Shown here: positions 11,207 to 21,354 of the stretch, piece by piece
Numbering within the stretch: the first letter of the stretch is position 1
Layout: each line of letters opens with the position of its first letter
From: Chitinophagales bacterium
GTDB taxonomy: Bacteria > Bacteroidota > Bacteroidia > Chitinophagales > JADIYW01
Reading direction: 5' to 3'
Length of the DNA stretch: 64,000 nucleotides
NCBI GenBank assembly: GCA_023957235.1
Contig: JAMLHI010000009.1
Coordinates: 24,683-88,682 of the forward strand
The notes under the pieces: generated by a model
Seen by the model: the letters and a program-made list of their open reading frames with translations, nothing else
What the model was told of the DNA's origin: nothing
Database searches by the model: none
Program-made: the position numbers and the translations under genes

Positions 11207-12346
11207 TTATTTTAAAATCTGTCTAGCTATGACTAGTTTCTGAACTTCTGAAGTTCCTTCGCCAATGGTGCAAAGCTTGGAGTCTCTATAAAATTTTTCT
11301 ACAGGAAAATCTTTGATATAACCGTAACCACCATGAATCTGAACAGCTTCAGTAGCTACTCTTACACACATTTCAGAAGCATAATATTTTGCAATTGCAG
11401 ATTCTTTGGTGCAAACTCCATCTCTCATTAATTTATCAGCCGCTTGAAATGTCAAAAGTTTTGCAGCTTCCAACTCTGCAGCCATTTCAGCCAATTTGAA
11501 TGAAATTCCTTGAAATTCTGAAATAGGTTTACCAAATTGTTCTCTTTGCTTTGAATATGCAATAGATGCATCTAAAGCACCTTGACCAATACTCAGGCTC
11601 AAAGCAGCAATAGAAATTCTACCACCATCTAAAATCTTCATAGCTTGAATAAAACCATCTCCCACTTTACCAAGCACATTCTCTTTAGGTATTCTACAGT
11701 TGTCAAAAATCAACTCTGCTGTTTCAGAACAACGCATTCCCAGTTTGTTTTCTTTCTTACCCCCAGAAAACCCAGGTGTTCCTCTTTCAACTACAAATGC
11801 TGTCATACCATGACTATCAAGTGGCTCTCCAGTACGTGCAATTACAACTGTAATATTGCTTGAAATACCATGAGTAATAAAATTCTTTGTGCCATTAATC
11901 ACCCAATCCTCTCCTTCTTGTTTTGCCACACACTGCATTCTTCCAGCATCAGAGCCTGTATTAGGCTCAGTAAGTCCCCAAGAGCCAATCCATTGGCCAG
12001 ATGCTAATTTTGGAACCCATTTTCTTCTTTGCTCTTCATTACCAAATTTATATATATGGTTGGTGCAAAGTGAATTATGAGCAGCAACAGATAATGCTAA
12101 TGAACTATCTACTCTTCCAATTTCTATTAACGCAGTAATATATTCATAATAACCTAAACCAGAACCTCCATACTCTTCAGGAATAACAATTCCCATCAAT
12201 CCTAATTCTCCTAAAGCTCTTAAAGTATCTGCAGGAAAATGCTGAGATTCATCCCATTCCAACACATAAGGTCTGATATTTTTTTCTGCAAAATCTCTAA
12301 CTGTTTGAGAGATCATTTTTTGATTTTCTGAATATTCAAAATTCAT
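11207..12346 (-). CDS. Acyl-CoA dehydrogenase
   Basis: [40 protein letters not shown]. Confidence 0.95.
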   Translation of the reverse strand: MNFEYSENQKMISQTVRDFAEKNIRPYVLEWDESQHFPADTLRALGELGLMGIVIPEEYGGSGLGYYEYITALIEIGRVDSSLALSVAAHNSLCTNHIYKFGNEEQRRKWVPKLASGQWIGSWGLTEPNTGSDAGRMQCVAKQEGEDWVINGTKNFITHGISSNITVVIARTGEPLDSHGMTAFVVERGTPGFSGGKKENKLGMRCSETAELIFDNCRIPKENVLGKVGDGFIQAMKILDGGRISIAALSLSIGQGALDASIAYSKQREQFGKPISEFQGISFKLAEMAAELEAAKLLTFQAADKLMRDGVCTKESAIAKYYASEMCVRVATEAVQIHGGYGYIKDFPVEKFYRDSKLCTIGEGTSEVQKLVIARQILK

Positions 12347-12368
12347 CGTGATTTTTTTTGCCGCTAAT

Positions 12369-13091
12369 TTAATAAATAATCAAATAATGTTTCAGTTTAT
12401 TAAAAATACTATCATTCATAGCATATAACTTTTTAACATCATCTATATTTTCAAATGGTTTAACCTTTTGTCTATACCCAATGATTTGCTTTGAAAGTGT
12501 CTTAGAGATATACGGATGGGTTTGTAATTCTTCTATAGAAGCATGATTGATATCTATTTTTATAAGATTTTCAGTTGAAATTTTCAGTTGGGGCTTAATC
12601 ATTAAAAATATTGAATCATTAATACCATATACTTCATTTATTTGTTCAAGAGAATAGAATCCTCCCAGCTTTGTTCTATACTTAATTATCCTATCAGAAA
12701 ACACTTTACCTATTCCTCGAATTTGAATAAAATCATCTATGGTAGCCTTATTGATATCTATTATTAGACGAGTATTTTTTCTTTGTTCTCTATGTTTTTC
12801 AAAGGCTACAATATCTTTATTCCCCTCGCTCATAGATTTAATATTACTATCCTCCTTTCCCTGCATCTGTCTCTGATAGCTCAACGCCTTGGAACTATCC
12901 ATCTGAGATTTTAGCTGGCTCCAAATCTGTTGATTTTGCTTGACCAATTGGGCTTCTTTCGTTTTCCTAGAATAATTGGTAATTGGACCTTTAATCAGTA
13001 TTAATAATAAAACAAAAAAGATTATCATTACGAGCCCCTTTCTCTGTTCTCTAGTAAAATACCATACTTTCCAAAAAGGATACTGCTTCAT
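12369..13091 (-). CDS. comEA: ComEA-like helix-hairpin-helix DNA-binding membrane protein
   Basis: N-terminal TM; IDINKAT...IRGIGKVFSDRIIKYR and a second IDINHAS...HPYISK HhH pair. Confidence 0.8.
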   Translation of the reverse strand: MKQYPFWKVWYFTREQRKGLVMIIFFVLLLILIKGPITNYSRKTKEAQLVKQNQQIWSQLKSQMDSSKALSYQRQMQGKEDSNIKSMSEGNKDIVAFEKHREQRKNTRLIIDINKATIDDFIQIRGIGKVFSDRIIKYRTKLGGFYSLEQINEVYGINDSIFLMIKPQLKISTENLIKIDINHASIEELQTHPYISKTLSKQIIGYRQKVKPFENIDDVKKLYAMNDSIFNKLKHYLIIY

Positions 13092-13101
13092 ATTTTAAAA
13101 A

Positions 13102-13133
13102 TAAAAAAGAGCGATAATAAAAATTACCGCTCT
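13102..13133 (-). terminator. Rho-independent terminator of ompA
   Basis: agagcg/cgctct stem followed by a U-tract on the minus strand. Confidence 0.7.
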
Positions 13134-13155
13134 CTAAAATAGTTATTAATTTGAA

Positions 13156-14574
13156 TTAATCTTTCAAAGAAAGTTTAAATTCTGTCCTTCTATTTTTTGC
13201 TCTACCTTCAGCAGTTTTATTGTCTGCAACAGGAACTTTAGAACCAAATCCTGCAGAAGAAACTCTTTTTGCATCAATTCCTTTTGAAACTAAATAATCA
13301 GCACAAACTTTTGCTCTCTCAGCAGATAGCTTATCATTCAAAGCTACTGAACCAGTACTGTCAGTATGTCCTTCTACACTTACATTATATGCTGGATAAT
13401 CATTCATAATTTTCACAACTTCATCTAATAATGAATAAGATTCTTTTTTCAATACAGATTTTCCAGATTCAAATTTCACTGAACTTGCAATTTTTTGCAA
13501 TTTAACTTTCACTTCTTCTTTAATTTCAGGGCATCCTTTATTTGATTTTGGTCCCGCTACATCTGGACATTTGTCATCAATATCAGCTATGCCGTCTCCA
13601 TCTCTATCAGGACAACCAGCCAATTCAGCCAAACCAGCTACTTCTGGACAACGATCTTTGCTATCTACGATTCCATCTCCATCTCTATCTGGTTCAGGAC
13701 AACCATTAAAACGTGCCAATCCTGCAACATCTGGACACTCATCTTTATGATCAGCGATTCCATCACCATCTCTGTCAGGACATCCATTTAAAGTAGCTAA
13801 TCCTGCTACTTCTGGACACTCATCTTTGTGATCAACAATTCCATCACCATCTGTATCTGGGCATCCTTGAAACTCAGCCAAACCTGCTACTTCTGGACAC
13901 TCATCTACTTCATCAGCGATTCCATCACCATCTGTATCTATAGGAACAAACACTTGCGGTTCTTCTACAATTTTACCTTTCTTAGGAAGCCCTAATGTTG
14001 CTCCTGCACTCCAAAAAATATTACTTTCGTTGTAGTCAGTCAAGCCAAATGCATAACCAGCTTTGATATTAATACCAATAGCATCTACAACTTTAAAATA
14101 TAATCCTGCACCTACTGGAATGCCAAATCCAAATTTCACTGAATTAGATTCACTAGGCACCTGAGCAACTGAAGCTAAAGCATTGGCAAATACAAAAGGA
14201 GCCACTGGAGATGAAGCTTTTATCAGATATTCATTTTGGAAATTATATACTAATCCAGGCCCTGCCATAAGTAAATAATTATTTATATCAGGCAATCCCT
14301 CCTTATTACTTAGGAAAGCTAGAGAAGGAGATAAAACATTTGCACTTACACCTAAACCAATTTTAGACCAATGTCTAGTCATGTTAAAGTCTGGACCGAT
14401 AGCCATCTTTTGTTTAAAAGAAGAAAATTTATTCAATTTTGGTGAATAAAAATCAAATGCAGTTGCATTCAAATCAAATGTCCATTTTGCAAAGCCATTA
14501 TTATCAGACTCGTTAGCAAAGACATTTGAAAAAAAGAAACATGCAATGATTACGCTAATAAGATTTCTTTTCAT
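13156..14574 (-). CDS. OmpA-family outer membrane protein with thrombospondin type-3 repeats (likely start MKRNL at 14574)
   Basis: Signal peptide, N-terminal barrel, five DxDGDG..D.CP...G..GCP repeats, OmpA C-domain (EGHTDS, NRRTEF). Confidence 0.92.
   Translation of the reverse strand: MKRNLISVIIACFFFSNVFANESDNNGFAKWTFDLNATAFDFYSPKLNKFSSFKQKMAIGPDFNMTRHWSKIGLGVSANVLSPSLAFLSNKEGLPDINNYLLMAGPGLVYNFQNEYLIKASSPVAPFVFANALASVAQVPSESNSVKFGFGIPVGAGLYFKVVDAIGINIKAGYAFGLTDYNESNIFWSAGATLGLPKKGKIVEEPQVFVPIDTDGDGIADEVDECPEVAGLAEFQGCPDTDGDGIVDHKDECPEVAGLATLNGCPDRDGDGIADHKDECPDVAGLARFNGCPEPDRDGDGIVDSKDRCPEVAGLAELAGCPDRDGDGIADIDDKCPDVAGPKSNKGCPEIKEEVKVKLQKIASSVKFESGKSVLKKESYSLLDEVVKIMNDYPAYNVSVEGHTDSTGSVALNDKLSAERAKVCADYLVSKGIDAKRVSSAGFGSKVPVADNKTAEGRAKNRRTEFKLSLKD
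13528..13938 (-). repeat. Five tandem ~27-aa (81-nt) TSP3-type Ca-binding repeats
   Basis: DTDGDGIADEVDECP, DTDGDGIVDHKDECP, DRDGDGIADHKDECP, DRDGDGIVDSKDRCP, DRDGDGIADIDDKCP. Confidence 0.92.
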
Positions 14575-14597
14575 AATATCAATTTTTATAAACACGA

Positions 14598-14605
14598 CAA
14601 AATTA
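14598..14605 (-). promoter_or_regulatory. -7 promoter element of ompA
   Basis: TAATTTTG on the minus strand, 23 nt upstream of ATG 14574. Confidence 0.6.
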
Positions 14606-14705
14606 ATATATTTTATTAGTTAACAACAAGTAAAACACATAATTAGTTATTAAAATAGAATTTCATTAACTATTAATTTACAATAGACAATAAAAAGACA
14701 TAGCG

Positions 14706-14713
14706 TATATTTG
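14706..14713 (+). promoter_or_regulatory. -7 promoter element of marC
   Basis: TATATTTG, 14 nt upstream of ATG 14728. Confidence 0.55.
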
Positions 14714-14727
14714 AAAAAAATTGAAAA

Positions 14728-15321
14728 ATGGAAATCATTGAAAATATCAATTTAAAAGATATCATCACTATATCACTTATCTTATTTGCTGTAATCGATA
14801 TTCTAGGTTCTATTCCAGTCATTTTAGATTTAAAAGCCAAGACAGGTCCCATAGATGCCAAACTGACAACACTTGTTTCAGGATTCATCATGTTTATGTT
14901 TCTATTTATCGGCAATCAGATTTTAAAACTCATTGGTCTTGATGTAGCATCCTTCTCTGTAGCTGGTGCAATTGTCATCTTTCTATTAGGCTTAGAAATG
15001 GTTTTAAATAGAGATATTTTCAAATCTCATGGTGACCCTAAAACCTCATCAATTATTCCTATTGCTTTCCCAATTATTGCAGGAGCTGGGACATTAACTA
15101 CTTTATTAGCACTTAGAGCTGAATACCACCTAACTAATATTATTATTAGCATTCTTATTAATCTTCTTTTTGTCTATGTTGTCATTTTATTCCTTCCAAA
15201 AATTGAAAAAACAATAGGTGATGGTGGAATTGAAGTCCTTAGAAGAGTTTTTGGAATTATCCTTTTAGCTATAGCAGTAAAATTATTTACCAAAAATTTA
15301 TATCTTTTATTTGGGGTATAA
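14728..15321 (+). CDS. MarC family integral membrane protein
   Basis: FAVIDILGSIP, PIAFPIIAGAG, LRRVFGIILLAIAV; about six TM helices. Confidence 0.9.
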   Translation: MEIIENINLKDIITISLILFAVIDILGSIPVILDLKAKTGPIDAKLTTLVSGFIMFMFLFIGNQILKLIGLDVASFSVAGAIVIFLLGLEMVLNRDIFKSHGDPKTSSIIPIAFPIIAGAGTLTTLLALRAEYHLTNIIISILINLLFVYVVILFLPKIEKTIGDGGIEVLRRVFGIILLAIAVKLFTKNLYLLFGV

Positions 15322-15324
15322 AAA

Positions 15325-15346
15325 AAGGCAACACTAAGGTTGCCTT
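15325..15346. terminator. Likely bidirectional terminator between marC and the TBDR gene
   Basis: aaggcaac-actaag-gttgcctt with A-tracts on both flanks (U-tract clear only on the minus strand). Confidence 0.7.
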
Positions 15347-15368
15347 CAAAAATAAATATCAGTAATTG

Positions 15369-18128
15369 TTATTTTTTATTTCTTTCCAAATCAAACAATA
15401 TAGAACCATATACCATTCCTCCAATCATTGGAGAACCGTAAGCCTCTATATGTTTATTGTTTGTAATATTTGAACCGCCTACTTGCAAGGTGATAAATTT
15501 AGGGAATTCATAAGTTGCACTCATATCTAATGTAGTATATGAAGGAATTTTGCCATCACCAAAAGGACTCTCCCAGAAGAAAGATTCTACCCATTTGACA
15601 TTGACATTAAATCCAAATCCTTTGACTAATTTCTGACCACCAATACCGATATTAGCTTTATTCCTAGGCGTATTGAATCCTGGCAAAATTGGGTCAGTCA
15701 AATCTTTTGTGTCAATTTTAGAATATGTATAGTTGGCATAAGCAGACAAACCTTTATATATATAATAATTTAAAGCAGCTGAAAATCCATAAGTTTTGAC
15801 ATTTTGGCTAGCATTTACAGCATATTGGAATGCATCATATTCTTTCAATAATATTTGGTCTATTCCACTTTCTTTACCTACAACACCAGGAAATCTTGGA
15901 GAAGTCAGTCTAACATCACCAATAAAATTGGAATATATATTAAAATACCCAGTCAAATCAATAAAGAATTTGTTTTTGATAATTCCTCTATATCCACCTT
16001 CTACTGATTTTACGTGTTCTTGTTTTAGTGGAGAGAAAGAAGTCTCTACTAAAATACTTGGATCTACTTCTAACGTATTTTCATAATGTTCAATAAAATC
16101 TTTTGTAGATTGCAAAGTATAACTCAAAGGCACTCCTTCTAGATTTCCTTTCAATGTAATCACTCCTAAATTCAGTAAAATATATTGATTCTGCAAAGTC
16201 GGAGATCTAAATGCTGATTGTGCAGAAGCTCTAATAACATGGTTTTTGTATGAAAATATTGCAGATACTCTTGGTGACCATTGCAAATCAAAATTCATGT
16301 GTTTATCAGCTCTTACAGAACCTATTAACTTCAATTTATCTTTTATAAGATCAAATGTACCTTGAATATATCCTCCTGTTTCCCATGTGTTTAATTTTTC
16401 ATAAGAACCATCTGGTAGCATTGTATCTCTAAAAATACTACCATAAGATTGTGGTGCATAATTTCTAAAAGAAGCGCCAAAGTTAAAATTTGCAACCTTC
16501 TTAAAGTTTAAATTATACTGTCCTTCTACATGTTGAATTTTTGAATTATCCTTAAACTTAGAACCTTCTTTCAAGTCTGGATTTGACACAACTTCATCAT
16601 ACACTTGTTTAAATTCAGGAGTGCCAGGTTTTAAGAATCCTGATTGATAAGCAGATTTAAATGCAGAATCTTTAGCAATTAGAACATCTCTTTCTCTAGG
16701 TTCATTCTTAAACTCATTGGTCGAAGCTTTTAGCAATTCAAAATAGTCTTTGATATAATCAGCAGCAAAATTTTTAAATCCTTTTCTAGCCAAGCCTATA
16801 CCTGTAAAGACAATATCATAAGCATCTCCAGCGTCTTCAATAGTCGTATATGCTTTTACAAAAAACTGTTTACCTCTAAGTTCTATTTTGTGTTGTTGGA
16901 ATAAGATATTTTTTACATTATATCTATTGGCTCCTTGGTAAACTGCTTCGCCTCTACCAAATTTGTATAAATAGGATAGTTCAATATTAGGAGTAATATT
17001 ATAATACAAGCCAGCACCTGCTTTCAAACTTTGGGTTGTATTGTCTGTCAATTCTTCTTCCATGTAACCAGGAGCTTCTACGGTAACAATTCCTGGCAAT
17101 GCATTAGGATAAAAATCTAAATAAGCATTCAACTTTCTAAAAGTATTCGCTTGTTCTTCATCATCGCTATATTGTAAACTTCTTACAACATCTCCAATTC
17201 TGATATCAGTTTCCACTTTACCATATCTATTTATCTCAGGGTCTCTAGCTATCCAATCCTTAGCTCTCATATATGATAAAGTGAATTTGTAACCAAATTT
17301 TTTCTTACCATCCATGTCTTTCCCAAAAGAATTAGCATAACGTATTTGACCATCAAACAATGCTCTCGAACCTCCTTTTGCTTTAATCTGTAAACCAGGA
17401 TAGTTAAATGGGTCTTTGGATATCATACTTACAACACCTTGGAAGGCATTAGCACCATACATTGCAGAAGCAGCTCCTGAGATCAACTCCACACTTGCCA
17501 AATCAATATCACTAGCTCCCACTAGATTACCAATAGGAAAGTTGAGCCCTGGTGCTTGATTGTCAATTCCATCAACAAATTGCACCATCCTGACAGGTGC
17601 AGTTGTATTAAAACCTCTTGTGTTAATAATCTGGAAGCCCAAAGAAGAAGTAGTAATATCCACATCTGCCATATTTCCCATACTTTGATAAAAGCTACCC
17701 GAAGCCGCATTGGCAATTTGAGAAACATTCATTTTCTGAATAGTAACAGGAGATTCTATGATTCTCTCACTAACTCTTGATGCCGTAACAACAACTTCTT
17801 GTCCGATTAATGCTGTTTCTTCCAATAACACTTCTTTTACTTCCGATCCATCATTTACAGCGATTTCTTTAGAATTATATCCTAGATAAGCTACAACCAA
17901 TGTTACAGGCAATTTATCTACTTCTATTGAGAAATTACCTTCATAATCAGTAATAACACCTTTATCAGTGTCTTTTATCATGACTGAACAGCCGATAAGT
18001 GGTTCTTTATAATTTTTGTCTAAAATCTTTCCTTTTAGCGTTGTTTTTGCATAAGCAAATTGAATAGCAAATAGACTCAACAACAAATATGTCGATAAGG
18101 TAATTATCCTCTTTTTATAAAATTTCAT
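15369..18128 (-). CDS. TonB-dependent receptor with N-terminal carboxypeptidase-regulatory-like domain (likely start ATG 18128)
   Basis: Signal peptide, GKILD..EPLIG..TDYEGNF, EVVVTASR, plug (INTRGF...ELISGAASAMYGANA), barrel ending GSNITNN...YGSILF. Confidence 0.92.
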   Translation of the reverse strand: MKFYKKRIITLSTYLLLSLFAIQFAYAKTTLKGKILDKNYKEPLIGCSVMIKDTDKGVITDYEGNFSIEVDKLPVTLVVAYLGYNSKEIAVNDGSEVKEVLLEETALIGQEVVVTASRVSERIIESPVTIQKMNVSQIANAASGSFYQSMGNMADVDITTSSLGFQIINTRGFNTTAPVRMVQFVDGIDNQAPGLNFPIGNLVGASDIDLASVELISGAASAMYGANAFQGVVSMISKDPFNYPGLQIKAKGGSRALFDGQIRYANSFGKDMDGKKKFGYKFTLSYMRAKDWIARDPEINRYGKVETDIRIGDVVRSLQYSDDEEQANTFRKLNAYLDFYPNALPGIVTVEAPGYMEEELTDNTTQSLKAGAGLYYNITPNIELSYLYKFGRGEAVYQGANRYNVKNILFQQHKIELRGKQFFVKAYTTIEDAGDAYDIVFTGIGLARKGFKNFAADYIKDYFELLKASTNEFKNEPRERDVLIAKDSAFKSAYQSGFLKPGTPEFKQVYDEVVSNPDLKEGSKFKDNSKIQHVEGQYNLNFKKVANFNFGASFRNYAPQSYGSIFRDTMLPDGSYEKLNTWETGGYIQGTFDLIKDKLKLIGSVRADKHMNFDLQWSPRVSAIFSYKNHVIRASAQSAFRSPTLQNQYILLNLGVITLKGNLEGVPLSYTLQSTKDFIEHYENTLEVDPSILVETSFSPLKQEHVKSVEGGYRGIIKNKFFIDLTGYFNIYSNFIGDVRLTSPRFPGVVGKESGIDQILLKEYDAFQYAVNASQNVKTYGFSAALNYYIYKGLSAYANYTYSKIDTKDLTDPILPGFNTPRNKANIGIGGQKLVKGFGFNVNVKWVESFFWESPFGDGKIPSYTTLDMSATYEFPKFITLQVGGSNITNNKHIEAYGSPMIGGMVYGSILFDLERNKK

Positions 18129-18149
18129 GTGTTTCAACTTTGATAGTGA

Positions 18150-21053
18150 TTAAAAAATTGAAATTGCTTTAGTCAATTTGTTCTCAGGGTTTGATTTCTC
18201 TTGAATCTCAATATAATATTGACCTTTAGCTTGTTGTGATAGGTCTAAACTTAATTGATTGTCAAATGCCACAGATTTAACATGTTGTCCCATTGCATTA
18301 AAGATATTTCCGACAAACTGACCAGATTTAGTCAAATAGATATTCAATTTGCCATTTGATGGATTAGGATAAATCTGAGCATCCCAATCTAGTTTAGAAA
18401 TATTTTCTTTCACACTTACTGCTTTGCTATCGCCATAGACAGGTAACATCAATTGAGAAGGATATTCAGGTGAAAATGCTATCCTTTGTATTGCTTTTCT
18501 AGGAGTCATTTCTACACCATTGAACACATAGGTTTTCCCATCACCTGGTTGTCTTCTGAAGAACTCACCGTCATTGATTGGCAAGTTTGGACTGGATTGA
18601 TATCTAGGGTGATTGCTACTACTAACTAATATTTTGATTTTATGTCCTTTACCAAAAGTGTAACCTATAGGTAGAAATTGAAAATAATACTCATAGATTT
18701 TGCCAGTTTCAATATTGCTATATGGAGCGTCATCATCTTCAATACCATCTGCATATAATCTTGCCCATTCTCTAGCTCTTGCATTGACTGTACCCTCTTG
18801 CACAAAATATTCATCACCATTAGGATAGACATCAACAATTCTTACCATGAAATCAGTATCCGTAGGATCTCCTTCTTGTGCTCCAGCAGGATTAGATTTG
18901 GCATATATTTTTGCTTTGGGATACCCAATCACACTTACAGAGTCTTCCAAAGTGGCTGTTTCAAATTTGATGACCCCTTCTCTATCCATAGTGTAGGGTG
19001 CAAATAAAGGGCTTGACAATTTCATCTGACCTTGGCTTTTTCTATCTCCTTGAGGTGTGTTGGTAATCATATTGGCACCACCCACAGTCATCACAGGATT
19101 ATCAGGATCATGGATGTAGATGCCAAATCCCTCATCAGTACTAGGCGCATGATTTGACAGACGGTCACCTGCTCTAAGATACAAACTTCTCCAGTTGATA
19201 TTATTTAAGATGGGGAAGGTATCAGCAGCGAACCAATAATTACCCACTTTTGGGTTCTCAGCATCTAAATTTGGATTAGGTCCTACAATATAAAATCTAG
19301 CAGGAGCGATAGTTTTGAAATCAGACATATCTAATTTATCAATTTTGTCACTGCCGAATCCTTCTATCAGTGGAGGCATTTTGGGCAAGTCTAAATCAAA
19401 TGGTGTTACAAAAGTTTTTAACAACCTCAACTCTACTGGTATTTTTTTCAAGCCATCTGCTCCAGAAAGAAAATTAATCAAATCAACATGAGTCATTGTA
19501 TATTCTTTAGCTGGAAATCTAATCTCTATACCATCCAATACCTTTTGAAACTCCTTGGATTCTTTCAAATAAATTGTTGGCTCTCCGACATTATTCAATT
19601 GATTATAATTTAATGTATATCTAAACCAACCTAATAGTTCAGATTTGGTAATATCGGCAATATTAATATTATCATCTTCAAACTGACTAATATCAATTTT
19701 TGTAATATCTTTTACATTTTCAGGATAAGTCATATCTCCTGTAACGCTACTTGCAATAGTCTGATGCGCCCATGGTCCCATTACAACTTTCACCATATCC
19801 TTATTTCCATAAGTATTGCTGACGTAATGTCTTTGTAAATTAAAGGTTTCAAAAGTACCATCAACAAAGATATCCCACCAACCACCAACGTGAAATGAAG
19901 GCACCTCCATATTAGTATATCTACTAAATTTTCCATTAGGATCACTTTCTCCTGTAGAGTCAACAGGAGCTCTAGAAGCATCCATATCACCACGACCAGG
20001 AGAGTTAGGATATGCACCTGCATTTTTATTCAAATAGCGAACAGCACTAAAGTGGTCAATTGCCAAATTAGCTGCTTCAAACTTATCCTGAGTGCCGTAG
20101 TCAAAAGAAGTATGAATATTATTGAACATATCATGATCTATATCCATTTTCTCATCTTCAGTATCTGCAATCTGGCCTCTCAACCAACCAGTCACCAATT
20201 GTTCTCTAAAAACTCCATTTTGAAAGCCTGTACTTTTATAAAATTCCAATGGTCCTACTATTGGAAACAATGATTTCAATCCTGGTTTTGTAGGGTCTGT
20301 TCTATGGGTCGCTGCAGCTTGGACTTGATTATATCCCAATGCCGATGCTCCAAACATACCTATTGAACCATTATACACTAAATCTTCAGTCTCAGCAATA
20401 CCATCACCATCAAGGTCATACATTCTTTTCAGATTATTCTTAATGTATTCTACAGAGTTATATCCATCTTCATGTTTATTAGAATTCATTGGATGATCCA
20501 AAGGTGTCCTATCTAAAACGTGAGCATATTCAGGATGATAAGTGTTTTTATTCCATGAGTCAGAATAAATTGGAAAATAAACACCATCTGATCTATAACG
20601 ACCTCTCATATCCTGATTGATACCAGCATATCCCAACAAAGCAACTGCTGAACCTAAAGTAGGATCTTTTTTGTTATAGGGAGTACGGCTCATCACAATA
20701 GGAAGGCGATAAGGATTGGGATTTTTCTCTCCATTCAAAGAGTCATATCGAATGTATTGAGAACCCCTTGGAATAATAACAAGCCTTATCGTCTTATTAA
20801 TAACTGGCACTGGAAATTCAAATGCCATGCTATCTTCAAATATCGGAAGAAAGACATCTGTTTTTAAAACCGTTCCATCAGGCATTTTAAGAGGCACTTC
20901 TATCCTCTGAGAAAAATCTGACAAATCATCTAGTGTTCCATTTTTAGGTCTATCATTAGACATATTGTACGAACCAGGAACAGTGATACTGTGATCTTGT
21001 GCTTTTACAACACACACCACCACTATAAATAGTAGTGTAAAAAGTTGTTTCAT
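18150..21053 (-). CDS. CocE/NonD-family serine hydrolase with T9SS type-A C-terminal sorting domain (likely start MKQLF at 21053)
   Basis: SRTPYN, QDMRGRYRSDG, GASALG (Ser), GGWWD (Asp), GPWAH (His), C-terminal jelly-roll TDFMVRIVDVYP, CTD QIYPNPSNG...KGQYYIEI. Confidence 0.88.
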   Translation of the reverse strand: MKQLFTLLFIVVVCVVKAQDHSITVPGSYNMSNDRPKNGTLDDLSDFSQRIEVPLKMPDGTVLKTDVFLPIFEDSMAFEFPVPVINKTIRLVIIPRGSQYIRYDSLNGEKNPNPYRLPIVMSRTPYNKKDPTLGSAVALLGYAGINQDMRGRYRSDGVYFPIYSDSWNKNTYHPEYAHVLDRTPLDHPMNSNKHEDGYNSVEYIKNNLKRMYDLDGDGIAETEDLVYNGSIGMFGASALGYNQVQAAATHRTDPTKPGLKSLFPIVGPLEFYKSTGFQNGVFREQLVTGWLRGQIADTEDEKMDIDHDMFNNIHTSFDYGTQDKFEAANLAIDHFSAVRYLNKNAGAYPNSPGRGDMDASRAPVDSTGESDPNGKFSRYTNMEVPSFHVGGWWDIFVDGTFETFNLQRHYVSNTYGNKDMVKVVMGPWAHQTIASSVTGDMTYPENVKDITKIDISQFEDDNINIADITKSELLGWFRYTLNYNQLNNVGEPTIYLKESKEFQKVLDGIEIRFPAKEYTMTHVDLINFLSGADGLKKIPVELRLLKTFVTPFDLDLPKMPPLIEGFGSDKIDKLDMSDFKTIAPARFYIVGPNPNLDAENPKVGNYWFAADTFPILNNINWRSLYLRAGDRLSNHAPSTDEGFGIYIHDPDNPVMTVGGANMITNTPQGDRKSQGQMKLSSPLFAPYTMDREGVIKFETATLEDSVSVIGYPKAKIYAKSNPAGAQEGDPTDTDFMVRIVDVYPNGDEYFVQEGTVNARAREWARLYADGIEDDDAPYSNIETGKIYEYYFQFLPIGYTFGKGHKIKILVSSSNHPRYQSSPNLPINDGEFFRRQPGDGKTYVFNGVEMTPRKAIQRIAFSPEYPSQLMLPVYGDSKAVSVKENISKLDWDAQIYPNPSNGKLNIYLTKSGQFVGNIFNAMGQHVKSVAFDNQLSLDLSQQAKGQYYIEIQEKSNPENKLTKAISIF

Positions 21054-21305
21054 AATTTTCGTAGTATTGATAATTGTCAAAAATATTGTTTCTTTTTATA
21101 TTATTTTAATTTTTTTAAACATTTTTTTAACATAAATACTAAAAATAATCCTCTTAGAATCAACATTCTCTTGTTGAATAATTAACATTGAAAATATTCG
21201 ATATTACATCCCTATATATTGAAGAAGATTATCCATCGATTTGAAACAGCAAATACATGCAATCGCATTATATACAACTCTTCTTTTCTAATTACACCCA
21301 AAAAA

Positions 21306-21334
21306 AATAGGTGACTGTATTTGAGTCACCTATT
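21306..21334 (-). terminator. Rho-independent terminator of lysA
   Basis: aataggtgact-gtatttg-agtcacctatt with a long U-tract on the minus strand. Confidence 0.8.
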
Positions 21335-21354
21335 CTAAATCAAAAAAATAATTT

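Noticed and set aside
13528-13938. 81-nt periodic DNA repeats as a CRISPR array or VNTR
   Set aside because: They are in-frame TSP3 repeats of an OmpA protein, common in Bacteroidota, with no unique spacers and no cas genes.
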